DNA from: Verrucomicrobiia bacterium
Lineage (GTDB): Bacteria > Verrucomicrobiota > Verrucomicrobiia > Limisphaerales > UBA1319
Length of the DNA stretch: 64,000 nt
Reading direction: 5' to 3'
NCBI GenBank assembly: GCA_963664225.1
Contig: OY760937.1
Span: 864,001 to 928,000 of the forward strand
Part shown: piece by piece, positions 48,027 to 59,500 of the stretch
How positions within the stretch are numbered: the stretch's first letter is position 1
Layout of the letters: each line of letters starts with the position of its first letter
Notes under the pieces: generated by a model
Seen by the model: only the letters and a program-made list of their open reading frames with translations
Database searches by the model: none
What the model was told of the DNA's origin: nothing
Position numbers and translations under genes: made by a program

Positions 48027-48629
48027 TCAGGGATTTCGCATTTTGACCGTGAAAGTCCGGAGAATGGTGTTCGTTTTGAATCCATTACCGAGCCGGCGTC
48101 CCGAGGAGCCGCAATCGTCCATTTCCAACCAGATATTTAAAGTCGAGCTGTCGGGCACGCCTCCAGATTTCAGACTTGGATAAAAAAAGAGTTTGCGCAC
48201 GGCGACCACGGCGTTTGTTTTGAAGTAGTAGGTGATGTCCCCGGGAACGGCGCGGTCAGGGTCGTAAAGGACGTTTTTTTGAGTGGAATTAAAGGCAATT
48301 TCTTCGCGGGGGTAATCAGGGGCCTGGCCTTTGGCGACAATGATTTTTCGATAAACATCGGCTCCGTTCTCGGCGGTCTTATCTCCGAAAATGACGCTCT
48401 CGTTTTCGCTCATGTCCCGGATGGCGCGTGTGAGTTGGTCCTGCAGATTTCCGGCGGCCTGTTGGAGGGTGGCGTCGGCAAGGGTTTTGCGTTGTTCCTT
48501 GACGACTTCGAGCATCAGCATCATAAGCCCGCCGATGGCGCCGACACCAATGGCGCTCGCAATGAGAACTTCCACCAGGGTCATTCCCGCGCGGAGGTTT
48601 TCTCTGAGATTGGAGCGTGGGAGGAGCAT
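48027..48629 (-). CDS. PilW/GspJ-like prepilin-type protein
   Basis: RAG|MTLVEVLIASAIG N-methylation motif. Confidence 0.8.
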   Translation of the reverse strand: MLLPRSNLRENLRAGMTLVEVLIASAIGVGAIGGLMMLMLEVVKEQRKTLADATLQQAAGNLQDQLTRAIRDMSENESVIFGDKTAENGADVYRKIIVAKGQAPDYPREEIAFNSTQKNVLYDPDRAVPGDITYYFKTNAVVAVRKLFFYPSLKSGGVPDSSTLNIWLEMDDCGSSGRRLGNGFKTNTILRTFTVKMRNP

Positions 48630-48640
48630 GGCATCAAGGA

Positions 48641-49174
48641 TCAAAGGTCTTTTACGCGGACCATGTCCATGCGGAGGGTTTGTTTGTTGCCGAGATTCAT
48701 GGGGGCATTCCACTGGAGCAAGAGCTGGATATGTTTGTCATGGGGGATGCCGACGACCGCCCTGGTTTCCAGTAAAACGGACATTTGGGGATTGCGCGGA
48801 CTTAACCAGACCAGGTCGGGATGGAAGGATTGAAAGTCGATGCTGTCAATGGCGAACCAGTTGGTGCTTATGGGAATGGTAATCCTTGTGCCTCCCGAGG
48901 CGCCATCGTAGAGGGCGTTAATGGGGGCGCCGCCATTGATTTCGGCAAAGGGCAAGCCTTTTGCCAATTCGAGGTAGTGCGCGGCAAAGTCGAGCATGAT
49001 GCCTCGTTCATGGTCTTTAACGGTTTGTATCCTGCTGAAGCTTAGAATTGAGAAATTTGCCAGGACGAAGAGGCTTAGTATGACGACCGCGATCATGACT
49101 TCCGGCAAGGAAAAACCGTCGTTTTCGGAAAATTCCAATAACTCCCCTGATGAATTCTGCGGCTCCAAAATCAT
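48641..49174 (-). CDS. PilV/GspI-like prepilin-type protein
   Basis: DG|FSLPEVMIAVVIL N-methylation motif. Confidence 0.8.
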   Translation of the reverse strand: MILEPQNSSGELLEFSENDGFSLPEVMIAVVILSLFVLANFSILSFSRIQTVKDHERGIMLDFAAHYLELAKGLPFAEINGGAPINALYDGASGGTRITIPISTNWFAIDSIDFQSFHPDLVWLSPRNPQMSVLLETRAVVGIPHDKHIQLLLQWNAPMNLGNKQTLRMDMVRVKDL

Positions 49175-49593
49175 AATGCAAACCGTTGCTCCTTAGAAAC
49201 AAGCGTTAAAACGTTGTTTTAATAAACAATGCGATTCCGTCTGATCCGAACTGCGTTGTCAATGCAGTGTTTCCCTCCAGAATATTACAATCCTTAACAC
49301 AGTATCGACAAAAAATGAATAAAGGTAAAGGAAAAAAGTAATAATCTGAGGGGTAAAAGACAAAATTCGGGAAGACGGCAAAGTCCAGAACTGGGTAAAT
49401 ACATGGAAGATGCCCGGTGGGGCGCCGGGCCTGCAGTTTGGTGGGCCCACACGCGAGGTTCGGTGACCGGCCAATAACCGTTGTTTAAACATTGCTCAAG
49501 GCAAGAAGGAGCAACAGCCTGTTTGTGCTTCCAAAGGCGGATGAGTTCGCGATGTGGGAGGCTATCGGGATATGGATGACAAAAACGGGTGCG

Positions 49594-50772
49594 TCAGGGT
49601 TTCACGCCTGTGGCGCTTCCCTGGTAGAGGATGATCAGGACGTCGATGATGAAGAGCAGGACAATGGTGATTTCGAGTATCAGCATCCAGCGATTGTTCT
49701 CGTCGTGGTGCAGGAGTTGGTAAAGGTCATCGAGGGTGTTGAGCTTTTCATCGATGGTGCGATGCCAGTCGGCCAGATGGAACCGGGATGCGAGATTCTG
49801 GTAAATGCGGGCCATGTGCCAGTCTCCAAAGAATTTGGTGATGTTGGAAAGTTCATCGCTCAAGCGGGTCATATCGATGCGGATTTCGCGCAAGTCACCC
49901 AGGACGTTTCTGCGTTGATGCCATGCCGCCTCGCGCAGGTCGCGGTAGGCGCGATCCAAGGCATCGTCCAGGAGGCGGTCGTAAGCCTCGAGTTCGGCGA
50001 GTTGGAGGTTGGCCAGTTCCATGAGGTAAAGCGTTTCCTCGAAATTCTTCTTATCGTCCACGATGAGCGCGGCATCCCAGTCCACGACGACGACGTCCTG
50101 TTCGTAATAGGAGAGGTGGCGCATGGTCGATTCGTCGGATTCCTGACGGGACAGACTTTCAGGATTGCTCTCCTGTGTCAGGAGTGCGGCGATTTTTCTG
50201 CGGTTATTGTGCAACCAGGATTCGGCCGGGATGGTTTCACCGACTCCGTTGGACATGGGGGATTCGAGACAAAAAACGGTGTAGGCCTCCTCTTCGACGA
50301 GTTGAGGGACGGGGCGGATAAAATAGGAGGCCAGTTCTGTGCGGATGGTTTCGGCGAGTTGCCTGACTTCCGTGTTGAGAGGGCCGCTGGAAAATTGCAG
50401 GTCGTGATAACCCACGAGGTCCTCGATTGCGGAGACGGTGAAAGGCACATGGACGCTGATGCTGATGGCGCCTACGGGGAGGAGCTTGATGATGAATTGG
50501 ACACTGACGGGGCCCTGGGGGCCGACACGCTGCACGGGTTGCAGACGCACCATCTGCGGTTTGTAGAAGAAGAGTTGGCGGGGGCTGCGTTTGCTTGCGT
50601 CCACGGAGAATTGCGCGACGGGCTGTCCCAGGAGTTCCCGCAAAGGCGTGCGCGGCATTTCATAGGCGACGTCGAAGGCAAAGAGATAGACCACCTGGCC
50701 GGAATATCCGCGAACGGAGGGGCTGGAACTAATGGAGAGGGTCGTTTTGGTGGGATTATGATTTTCCAGCAT
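49594..50772 (-). CDS. Conserved hypothetical protein, RMD1/DUF155-like with C-terminal TM
   Basis: YLFAFDVAYE N-terminus; helical C-terminal half ending LEITIVLLFIIDV. Confidence 0.6.
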   Translation of the reverse strand: MLENHNPTKTTLSISSSPSVRGYSGQVVYLFAFDVAYEMPRTPLRELLGQPVAQFSVDASKRSPRQLFFYKPQMVRLQPVQRVGPQGPVSVQFIIKLLPVGAISISVHVPFTVSAIEDLVGYHDLQFSSGPLNTEVRQLAETIRTELASYFIRPVPQLVEEEAYTVFCLESPMSNGVGETIPAESWLHNNRRKIAALLTQESNPESLSRQESDESTMRHLSYYEQDVVVVDWDAALIVDDKKNFEETLYLMELANLQLAELEAYDRLLDDALDRAYRDLREAAWHQRRNVLGDLREIRIDMTRLSDELSNITKFFGDWHMARIYQNLASRFHLADWHRTIDEKLNTLDDLYQLLHHDENNRWMLILEITIVLLFIIDVLIILYQGSATGVKP

Positions 50773-50897
50773 AATATGAATGTAACATACACTTCCAAGG
50801 TTATTGGGTCCACGGGAGTTTGTGAAAACGAAGGAGTGGATGGGTGACGCGATATTTAAGTTTAAAAGTGTCAAAATTAGGATAGTTTGAAGACAGA

Positions 50898-51467
50898 ATG
50901 AAAGAATGGATAACGGATTATGTGCGTGGACAACAGGCGGCGCTGGAAGCGATTCCGGCGCAAGCTGTGGGGCAATTGATCGAACGCTTCAAGCAGGCGT
51001 TCAAGGAAGACCGGCAGATTTTTGTTTTTGGAAACGGGGGCAGCGCGTCGAATTGCTCTCATTTTGCAACGGACCTGGGCAAAGGCGCTTCTGACAAATT
51101 GGGGCGGCCATTTCGGGTGATTTCACTCAACGATAACGTCAGTTGGATGACGGCCCTGGGCAACGATTATGCCTATGAGGATATTTTTGTGCGGCAGTTG
51201 GCCAATTACGCGCGTCCGGGTGACCTGGTCATGGCGCTGAGTGTGAGCGGGAACTCGCCCAACGTGGTGAAGGCTTTGGATTGGGCGAACAAAAAGGGAT
51301 TGCACACGATCGCGCTGGTGGGGGCGAAACGCGGAAAGATGGCGGAGATCGCCAAGGATGTGGTGGTGGTGGATTCGCAGCACTACGGCAGGGTGGAAGA
51401 TGCCCAGATGACGATCTGTCACTTGATCTGTTACGCATTCATGGAGAATCCCCAGTGGGCGAATTGA
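50898..51467 (+). CDS. gmhA: SIS-domain phosphoheptose isomerase (GmhA-like)
   Basis: FGNGGSAS..SHFATD, TALGNDY, SVSGNSPNV, VED.Q...H. Confidence 0.8.
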   Translation: MKEWITDYVRGQQAALEAIPAQAVGQLIERFKQAFKEDRQIFVFGNGGSASNCSHFATDLGKGASDKLGRPFRVISLNDNVSWMTALGNDYAYEDIFVRQLANYARPGDLVMALSVSGNSPNVVKALDWANKKGLHTIALVGAKRGKMAEIAKDVVVVDSQHYGRVEDAQMTICHLICYAFMENPQWAN

Positions 51468-51514
51468 TCGCGCGGGGCGGAGCGGTCCCTGTGACCCTGG
51501 GGTAAGGTTGAGGC

Positions 51515-53026
51515 ATGCCTATCACGGATCCAATACGGAAGAAGCTTTCGGATTTGCCTCACAAGCCGGGCATCTATTTGATGAAGGACCGCTTTGGCAC
51601 TGTGATCTATGTGGGCAAAGCGCGCGATTTGCGGCGGCGGGTCAGCCAGTATTTTCATCCGTCGAGGCGGCAGGGATGGGACATCAAATTCAACGCCCTG
51701 GTGGATTCGATCTACGACCTGGATATTCACCAGGTCCGCAGCGAGCCTGAAGCCCTGCTTTTGGAGAGCAAGCTCATCAAGGAGTTTCACCCGCGTTACA
51801 ATGTCAGTTTAAGGGACGACAAGCGGTTTCTGCTCATCAAGATCAACCTGAACGATCCGATCCCGCGCTTCACTTTAACGCGGCTACAGCAGGAGGATGG
51901 GGCGCGGTATTTCGGGCCGTTTGTGCATTCGGCCGCAGCCCGGCGCACGCTGGAACTGGCGCGCAAACAATTCCTGGTTCGCGGCTGCCGGGTGCTGACG
52001 CCCGGACCGGCGGATTACAAGCATTGCATGTACGCCAACCTGAAGTTTTGCACGGCGCCGTGCATTGGCAATGTGACGCGCGAACAGTATCTGGCGCAGG
52101 TCACCGCCGCCTGTGATTTCATGGGAGGGCAATGTGAGACGCTGGTGGCCCAGCTTGAGGAGGATATGCGCAAGGCGTCCGCGAAGCTCGATTTCGAAGA
52201 GGCCGCCGAATTGAGGGACACGCTGGAGGATTTGAAGCGCACGACTGAAAAATCCGCGAAATTCTCGCGCCTGCCTTACACCCTCCCGCTGGCGGTCGAT
52301 CCACAACGCGATTTATCCGAGTTGGCGGCGGTGCTGGGATTATCGGGACCGCCCAAACGGATTGAAGGTTTCGATATATCGAACATCAGCGGGACTTTTG
52401 TGGTGGCCTCGCTGGTGGCCTTCAAGGACGGAAGACCGGATCGTTCGAATTACCGGCGTTTCAAGATGAAGTCGGTCGATGGCCAGAACGATTTTGCGTC
52501 GATGGCCGAAACGATTCGCCGACGCTACACCCGGGTGTTGCGGGAGGCCCGAGAGGAGGAGGCCGCCGGGACATCAAACGCGCGCGGGTTGCCGGATTTG
52601 ATTTTGATCGACGGTGGAAGGCCGCAGTTGGTGGCGGCGGCGGCGGAGTTGGAACGGTTGGGCTTGAGTCGGATTCCCATGATCGGGCTGGCGAAGGAGT
52701 TTGAGGAAATCCATCGTCTGGATCGGGCGGAACCGCTTCGGCTGAAGACCGATTCCGAAGCGTTGAAATTGCTTCAGCGCATTCGGGATGAGTCCCACCG
52801 GTTTGCGAATAATTTTAATGCTCAGTTGCGCTTGAAGAAAATATCCGAAAGCATTCTGGACGAATTTCCCGGCATCGGGGAGCAGCGCAAAGCGGCTCTG
52901 CTGCGAAAATTTGGCTCCGTGCAGCGGTTGCGCCTGGCCACCGAGGAGCAGATCGGCGCGGTGGCTGGTTTCGGCGGAAAAACAGCGGCAGAGCTCAAGG
53001 CATTCCTGGTGGCACGCACCGCTTGA
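51515..53026 (+). CDS. uvrC: Excinuclease ABC subunit C
   Basis: PGIYLMKD, YVGKA, LLESKLIK, YFGPF, UVR domain, IEGFDISN, LIDGG, QRIRDESHRFA, HhH. Confidence 0.95.
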   Translation: MPITDPIRKKLSDLPHKPGIYLMKDRFGTVIYVGKARDLRRRVSQYFHPSRRQGWDIKFNALVDSIYDLDIHQVRSEPEALLLESKLIKEFHPRYNVSLRDDKRFLLIKINLNDPIPRFTLTRLQQEDGARYFGPFVHSAAARRTLELARKQFLVRGCRVLTPGPADYKHCMYANLKFCTAPCIGNVTREQYLAQVTAACDFMGGQCETLVAQLEEDMRKASAKLDFEEAAELRDTLEDLKRTTEKSAKFSRLPYTLPLAVDPQRDLSELAAVLGLSGPPKRIEGFDISNISGTFVVASLVAFKDGRPDRSNYRRFKMKSVDGQNDFASMAETIRRRYTRVLREAREEEAAGTSNARGLPDLILIDGGRPQLVAAAAELERLGLSRIPMIGLAKEFEEIHRLDRAEPLRLKTDSEALKLLQRIRDESHRFANNFNAQLRLKKISESILDEFPGIGEQRKAALLRKFGSVQRLRLATEEQIGAVAGFGGKTAAELKAFLVARTA

Positions 53027-53040
53027 GCAGTTGTGCCGTT

Positions 53041-55533
53041 TCAGTGCCGCCTGAGGATCAGGCGGTGATCGACGCGGCGGGTCTGGTGGAACTCCAGCGG
53101 GGGCAGATCGGTCAGGGTGGGGGATTCCGTCTCGTGGAGGGTTTCCCTGGCCAGCACTTGAAAGGCGCGCCACCGCGGCCATTCCATGTCGGGCGCATGC
53201 ACGATCTGGCGCAGAAGACTCCGCCACTCAATAATGATGCGGTCAATGTCGCCCACACCCGCCATGGGAGTGGTCCAGGCATGTTTGGATGCGGGATTGC
53301 GGGAGACCGCCGCGACGACCTGTTCCGCGCCCGCACCGTATTTGGGCGGAATACCATTTTCCAGATAACCGGGCGCGGAATGTGACTTGTAAACCTGCTG
53401 GCAGGTGATGGCCAGGCGCCCGCTCCATCGGCTTTGGTCGTCGCCGCAGAATCGGAAACTGGCGTCCAGATTCGCAATGTCGTAAAGCAGTTCGCTCAAA
53501 GGATAGGATTCGTCTTCGAGCGCGGCGGCAATGGCCAGGCCGTCGCCCTGCGAAAAAAAGGCCAGGACGCGACCGCGACGCGTGGGCACGCCCGAGGCAT
53601 CGATGAGGCCCAAGCGACGCCACAAAAGGGCGGTTCCAGTGGCGGTGGAGAGTTCCAGACAGGTGGGACGCAACGCGCAAGTGGCGCAGTCCCCGGGCAT
53701 GACTTCGCGTTCGAATGGGTGCCATAGAGCAACGCCAAAGGCATCGACGGGCACGCGCAAAGGCATTTCTTCGAGACTGATGTCAGCGTAGATTTTATCG
53801 GGATCCAAAACAAACTGATCCACGAGGAGCTTTTGTTGAGAAAACGTGCTTTGGATTGCGGGCGCGATTTTTTGGGACCAAAGAGCCATCGGATGCTGGC
53901 GTCCATGCCAATGAATCAAGCGCTGAATCCATTTAACGAGAACCAAGTGGTCGCCGTTTATGCGGTCGGCAATGGTGATGCGGCGGCCCAGGATTTTCAC
54001 GCCATCCTGTTCGCGAAGGATTTTGATAGGACCTGCGCCGACTTTTTCGATGGCGGCCTGAAGGGAAAGGGCGGGCCGCAAAACAACCCCCGAGGCTTCG
54101 GTGGGCATGGGTTCCGCCATCACGCGAATATCCTTGAGGGGGACTTCCATGATTTTGGGATACGGCTGCCATTGGGCCTGGCTGTTGAGTATCTGAAGGA
54201 TTTTCCTGCGCGTGTGCCGGGCCCGTTCGGCGTCCGTGCGCAGGCCGCAGGGAACCTCCGGATTCTTCATGGACTCCTCAACACCCAAGGTGATGGGTTT
54301 GACCGTGAACAGGCGCTTTTGAACGCGAACGGCCTCCGTGAGGGGATCCAGGTTGTTTTGATGCGCAGCGTCCATCAGGTTGAGCAGTGTGTTCCAGTCC
54401 ACCTGATTTGTGCGGGTGACATGAATGGGATGGCTGTCGCGGATGCGGATTTGGTTGGCCGTCACGAGGGCGTAGCCGATTTCATCGATGCCACGACGCC
54501 CTGCGCGGCCGAACATTTGCAGGATTTCGTCGGCGCGCAAAGGGTGCTCCAATTCATCGCGCCGGTAGGATTCACCCGCGAGGGCGACGCTGCGGAGGGA
54601 GAAGTTGATTCCAGCGGCGAGTCCCATGGTGGCCACGACCACGCGGAGCTGGCCGGCCTTGGCCAGAGGTTCCACCACGCCCGCCCGCGCGCCGTAACTC
54701 AGACCGCTGTGGTGATAGGCGATGCGGCATTTCAGAAGACGCGTGAGGTGGTCGCCCGCGAGAGCTTTTTGCTCCGGACTTAGCGAGAGCGGATTGGGTG
54801 TGGGCAGGTAACGGGCCAGTTCGGCAGCCAGAGCCTCGGTGGCCTGACGGCGGGGTGCGAAGATGAGGATGGGTCCCAGATCCTCGGCGAGGGCCTTGGC
54901 AATTGCGCGGGGCCAGTAGCCGCGAATGTCACTTGGAACATGGAAACTGAGTTGATCGACATCGACTTCCTCCAAGGGCACGGGGCGAATCTCGTGTTTG
55001 ATGAGGGTGGCGTTTCGACCCAGTCGATGCAGCCATTGAACCAGATCCTGGGGATTGGCCACGCTACCGCTCATGAGGAGCAGTTGGGTCTGCGGCGGGG
55101 CCAGTGCCAGAGCGAGTTCGTAATTGAGACCGCGATCGGGGTCGCCGATCATCTGGTATTCATCAATGACGAGCAGCACGGGTCCCTCACCGCGTATCAG
55201 GCGGTTTTTCTGAGTCTCCAGCGTGGCGACCAACACGGGGGCATCGAGGTTTTCCGCCAGATCGCCCGTGGCAATGCCGGCATTCCAACCGCGCGCGCGC
55301 CACTCGGCCAGTTTGTCATTGGCCAGGGCGCGAGTGGGCACGGTGTAGATGGCCTGGCCGCGATTTTTGCCCTGATGCGACCATAGCTCGAATATCAATG
55401 TCTTTCCCGCGCCTGTGGGGGCCTGGACCACCACATCCTGACCTGAACGCAACGCGGCAACGGCCTGCTGCTGCCAGAGGTCAGGGATGACGACCTGGTT
55501 AAAGGTTGGCGCATTCGCGAGTTGTTCAGCCAT
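53041..55533 (-). CDS. Ski2/HelY-like SF2 helicase
   Basis: APTGAGKT, YTVPTRALANDK, IDEYQ, MSGS, YHHSGL, VVATMGLAAGIN, QMFGRAGRRG. Confidence 0.88.
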   Translation of the reverse strand: MAEQLANAPTFNQVVIPDLWQQQAVAALRSGQDVVVQAPTGAGKTLIFELWSHQGKNRGQAIYTVPTRALANDKLAEWRARGWNAGIATGDLAENLDAPVLVATLETQKNRLIRGEGPVLLVIDEYQMIGDPDRGLNYELALALAPPQTQLLLMSGSVANPQDLVQWLHRLGRNATLIKHEIRPVPLEEVDVDQLSFHVPSDIRGYWPRAIAKALAEDLGPILIFAPRRQATEALAAELARYLPTPNPLSLSPEQKALAGDHLTRLLKCRIAYHHSGLSYGARAGVVEPLAKAGQLRVVVATMGLAAGINFSLRSVALAGESYRRDELEHPLRADEILQMFGRAGRRGIDEIGYALVTANQIRIRDSHPIHVTRTNQVDWNTLLNLMDAAHQNNLDPLTEAVRVQKRLFTVKPITLGVEESMKNPEVPCGLRTDAERARHTRRKILQILNSQAQWQPYPKIMEVPLKDIRVMAEPMPTEASGVVLRPALSLQAAIEKVGAGPIKILREQDGVKILGRRITIADRINGDHLVLVKWIQRLIHWHGRQHPMALWSQKIAPAIQSTFSQQKLLVDQFVLDPDKIYADISLEEMPLRVPVDAFGVALWHPFEREVMPGDCATCALRPTCLELSTATGTALLWRRLGLIDASGVPTRRGRVLAFFSQGDGLAIAAALEDESYPLSELLYDIANLDASFRFCGDDQSRWSGRLAITCQQVYKSHSAPGYLENGIPPKYGAGAEQVVAAVSRNPASKHAWTTPMAGVGDIDRIIIEWRSLLRQIVHAPDMEWPRWRAFQVLARETLHETESPTLTDLPPLEFHQTRRVDHRLILRRH

Positions 55534-55748
55534 TGAAAGCACGGCACAAAGATAGATGATTTTGTAAAAACGCCAATCGTGAATCGCTTAGAAAACACAG
55601 AAAAATGGTTTTAAGAGATTGTTACAGGACAATCTGTGAAAGCGACAATCCACCTTTTAAATCCGCGATGCGCCATGAGCGATTGGATTTGGAATTGGAA
55701 TTGAATCCAATGGAGTCACAGGTCCCGCCGTCTCAAGGCGGGGGCACG

Positions 55749-56324
55749 TTACTTTGCTTTCATTTTTGCGATGGCCTCCTGCATTTCACTTAAGTGAACC
55801 GATGCCGAGTTGGTATCCGTGATGTGCGCGATTTTACCATCTTTGGCGATGAGGAAACTGACACGCCGCGCCATGGTTGCTTCGGGAGCTTTTCGCGCGC
55901 CGTAAAGATCCGCCAGTTTGCCATCGGTGTCCACCAGCAGCGGGAAATTCAATTCGTTCGAAGCCCGGAACTTTTTATGGCTTTCCGCGGAATCAAAACT
56001 GACTCCCAGCACCTGAACGTCATCGGCACTCAACTGGCTCATGCGATCCCGAAGCCCACAGGCCTCGGCGGTGCATCCGGGTGTGCCGTCCTTGGGATAG
56101 AAATAGAGCAGGACGGTCTTTTTGCCGGACAGGTCGGCAAGCTTCCAATGCGTGCCATCCTGATCGACGGCCTCGAAGGGTGGGGCGATTTGACCGACCT
56201 TTGGCTTTTCCGGGGTGCCAGCAGCGGCGGTGTCCGCATGAAGAGAGTTCAGCCAAAACACAGTTGCCAGCAGACCGACTGCTGCGGCCCTGGCGACGTT
56301 CCATGGAATATATCGAGCCATCAT
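55749..56324 (-). CDS. bcp: Exported BCP/PrxQ-type peroxiredoxin
   Basis: LYFYPKDGTPGCTAEAC, GVSFD, signal peptide. Confidence 0.88.
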   Translation of the reverse strand: MMARYIPWNVARAAAVGLLATVFWLNSLHADTAAAGTPEKPKVGQIAPPFEAVDQDGTHWKLADLSGKKTVLLYFYPKDGTPGCTAEACGLRDRMSQLSADDVQVLGVSFDSAESHKKFRASNELNFPLLVDTDGKLADLYGARKAPEATMARRVSFLIAKDGKIAHITDTNSASVHLSEMQEAIAKMKAK

Positions 56325-56500
56325 GGCCCAATTTCGCTCAAGTCGCACAGGATGCAACCGGCGGCGAGCCCCAGTTTGATTTTAATGAATTAGAGTTTTG
56401 TTGCGCTTAACGAAGCCCCGAAAGCATGGGTAATTATCGAATGAATTGCTTTTTAAAATGCTGCGTTGACAATTGTAACGATTAAGGAAACTCTGCGTAA

Positions 56501-59500
56501 ATGAGGCATGATTCAGGTTGTATTTTCGGGCTGTTTGCCGCTATTTCAATACTTAGTTGTTGCACGGTTCTGGCGCAACCTTCGAGCACCCCTGAGTTGA
56601 ATTTTCCAGTTGCTGACTCGACGGTTCTTACAGCGGTTGAAACCAACGGGATTCTTTACGTCGGCGGCTACTTTACTCAAATTGGGCCATCGACCGGAGC
56701 TTTTGCGGCCGTGTCTCCAACGTCCGGGGTTCCAGCGCGGCCATTTCCGTATTTTAGCGGCACCGTGTCGTGCAGCATACCTGACGGCAAAGGCGGGGTT
56801 TATGTGGGGGGCAGCTTTGTGACTATTGGAACCGTTGTGACGACAAACCTGGCGCACCTGGGTGCAGACCTGACCTTGGATCCGAGCTTTGCATTCGCCA
56901 TCGATGCCGGAGTGACCGCCTTGGCCGTTTATAACGACCAACTCCTGGTTGGCGGCAGTTTCAATGCGATCAACGGCCAGAGTCGATCCAATCTGGCCCA
57001 GGTCAATCTTGTCTCAAAACAGGCAGAGGCGTTTGGCCTGCCGATCGATGGTCCGGTGCAAGCGCTGGTGGTCAGCGGGGACCGGTTGTACTTGGGGGGT
57101 GTCTTTACTCACATTAATGATGTGACTCGCAATTACCTGGCATGCGTGGATCTTGCCCGTGGTGAACTAACCGCCTGGGATCCCGCGCCGGACTCGAATT
57201 TCAATCTGGGTGTCAATACACTGGTGGCCACGGACGGGCGCATCTATGTGGCTGGCGACTTTAATCGACTGGCCAGTACCGCGCGCGCTCAGGTGGCCGC
57301 GTTCGATGCGACAACAGGACAGTTGTTGGACTGGGACGCGCACGTCTATGTGCCGTACACCGCACAGACGGTTCAAGCGCTGGCCGTGTCGAGCAATGCC
57401 GTTTATATAGGGGGCAATTTTGCCAGTCTGGGAGGACAATCCCGCAGTCACCTCGGAGCTGTGGATACAATCACTGGCAGCGTATTGCCCTGGCAACCGG
57501 GCATCCCTTACAACGCGGTGCGGGCGTTGGCCGTGTCCGGCAATACCGTATATGTCGGCGGTGATTTTCCGGGAATTGGAATCGATGGTCCCCAATATCT
57601 GGCCGCAGTGAACGGGAGTTCCGGCGCGGTTTTACCATGGACGCCCGCGCCGGGTGGGACAGTGCTGAGCATCCTTCCCTTGAATAATCAGGTATTTGTT
57701 GGGGGGGCCTTTGGATCCATTGGCGGGATCAACCGCCAAGTGGTGGCGGCCATCGATTTGTCCACGGAAACGCCAACCAGTTGGGATGCTCATATGATGG
57801 CTAACGGCGCCACCGGAAGTTTTGTGAGTTCACTGGTTTTGAGCGGTGAGTCGCTCATTCTTAGCGGCTGGTTTTATGGCATTGGCGGTGAACTGCGCGA
57901 TTCGTATGGAGCTGTTCGTTTGGATGACGCGAGTGTTTTGCCAATTGACGGAAGCGTTCTTCCGCAGCCCGGCTATCCGCCAAGGTTATCGGGCCTTCTT
58001 TTCGCAGGGAACAATTTGATTATTGCAGCCACTTACGCCAATCCGGTGCCGGTTGTGTTCGATGCGGTTACCGGCCTGCAAGTGGACTGGGATTTCGGTG
58101 TGGATGGAGGCATCAGTTCATTTGCCGCCACAAGCAACACGCTCTATATCGGAGGAAGTTTTGCAATTGCTGGAGGACAACCACGCGCGAACCTGGCCGC
58201 GTTCGATATTGCCACCCGCCAATTGCTGCCATGGCATCCCATTGTGAATGGTTCAGTCGCAACGATATTGGCCCGGGATCAGACGATCATCGCCTATGGA
58301 AACTTCCTGACCGCCAACGGCCAGTCCCGAACGAATCTGGCCGTGTTTGACGCCGTCTCTGGCGATCTGGCCCTTGGGCCGACAGGCTTGGTTTTGGATG
58401 GCGAGATTCGCGATATAAACGCCACTCAAAATGCGTTGTATCTGGCTGGAAATTTTAACCATGTCAATCAAGAGACGAGGAGTTGCTTTGCGGCCGTTGA
58501 CCTTCTCACCGGACAGGTTCGGCCCTGGAACCCCGGGGTTCCCACCGTGTCGGTTAATTATGAGGCCAGAGGATGGAAGACCCTGATTGCAGCCGACAAG
58601 CTCATTATCGCTGGAAGTTTTTCCGCGATTGGCGGTAATCCGAGGACAGGGCTGGCCGCCTTTGCTTTGACCAACCTGCCACCAAAAGTCCAGATACTCA
58701 TTCCCACGAACAATACGGTTTTGCATGCCCCGGCACAAATTCCGCTCGAAATTCAAGCCAGCTCTCCTTCCAACGCGATTGCGCGCGTGGAGGTTTATTG
58801 CAGAACCAACCTCATCGCAAGCACCACGAATGGATCGTTTGCGACCAACTGGGTCGTGCCCAGGCATGTGGGCGACTACCTGGTGACCGCCGTAGGCTAT
58901 GACCGATACGGCGAGTCCGCGTTTTCGCCTGCCGCACGGATTACCGTTAATTTACCAACCGATTATATTCCTCCGACGGTCAGCATCACATTTCCCCAGA
59001 GCAACGCTGTCTATGCTCCATTCAGCACGATCCCTGTGCAGACTGAAGTGAATGCGCCGAAAAGTTCCGTTGAGAAATTGCAGGTTTTATTGGGGACAAA
59101 TGTGTTGGCCACATTCACCAATGCTCCCTACACATTTTCACTGACCAACATGTCACCCGGAACGTATTCCGTCACAGCGCTGGTGGAGGACGAATTTGGA
59201 ATAACTGCAACGAACGGACCGGTGGCGTTCAGAATCAACAGCCCGCCTCACGTCTTCCTGGTAAATGCCCTCTATGGAATCGTTATGGGTTCGCACACTA
59301 ACTTGCAGCTTACAGCTCCGGCCACCGATGCGGATGGTTTTATCAGCAATGTGACCATTTACAATGACGGTGACGTTATCGCTTCCTTCACAAATGCCCC
59401 GTTCACTTTTAATTGGACCAATCCTCCGGCCGGGTATTACGCCTTTACAGCGGTTGCGACGGACGATTTCGGGTCGAAGGCCACGAGTTCTGTAATGAAG

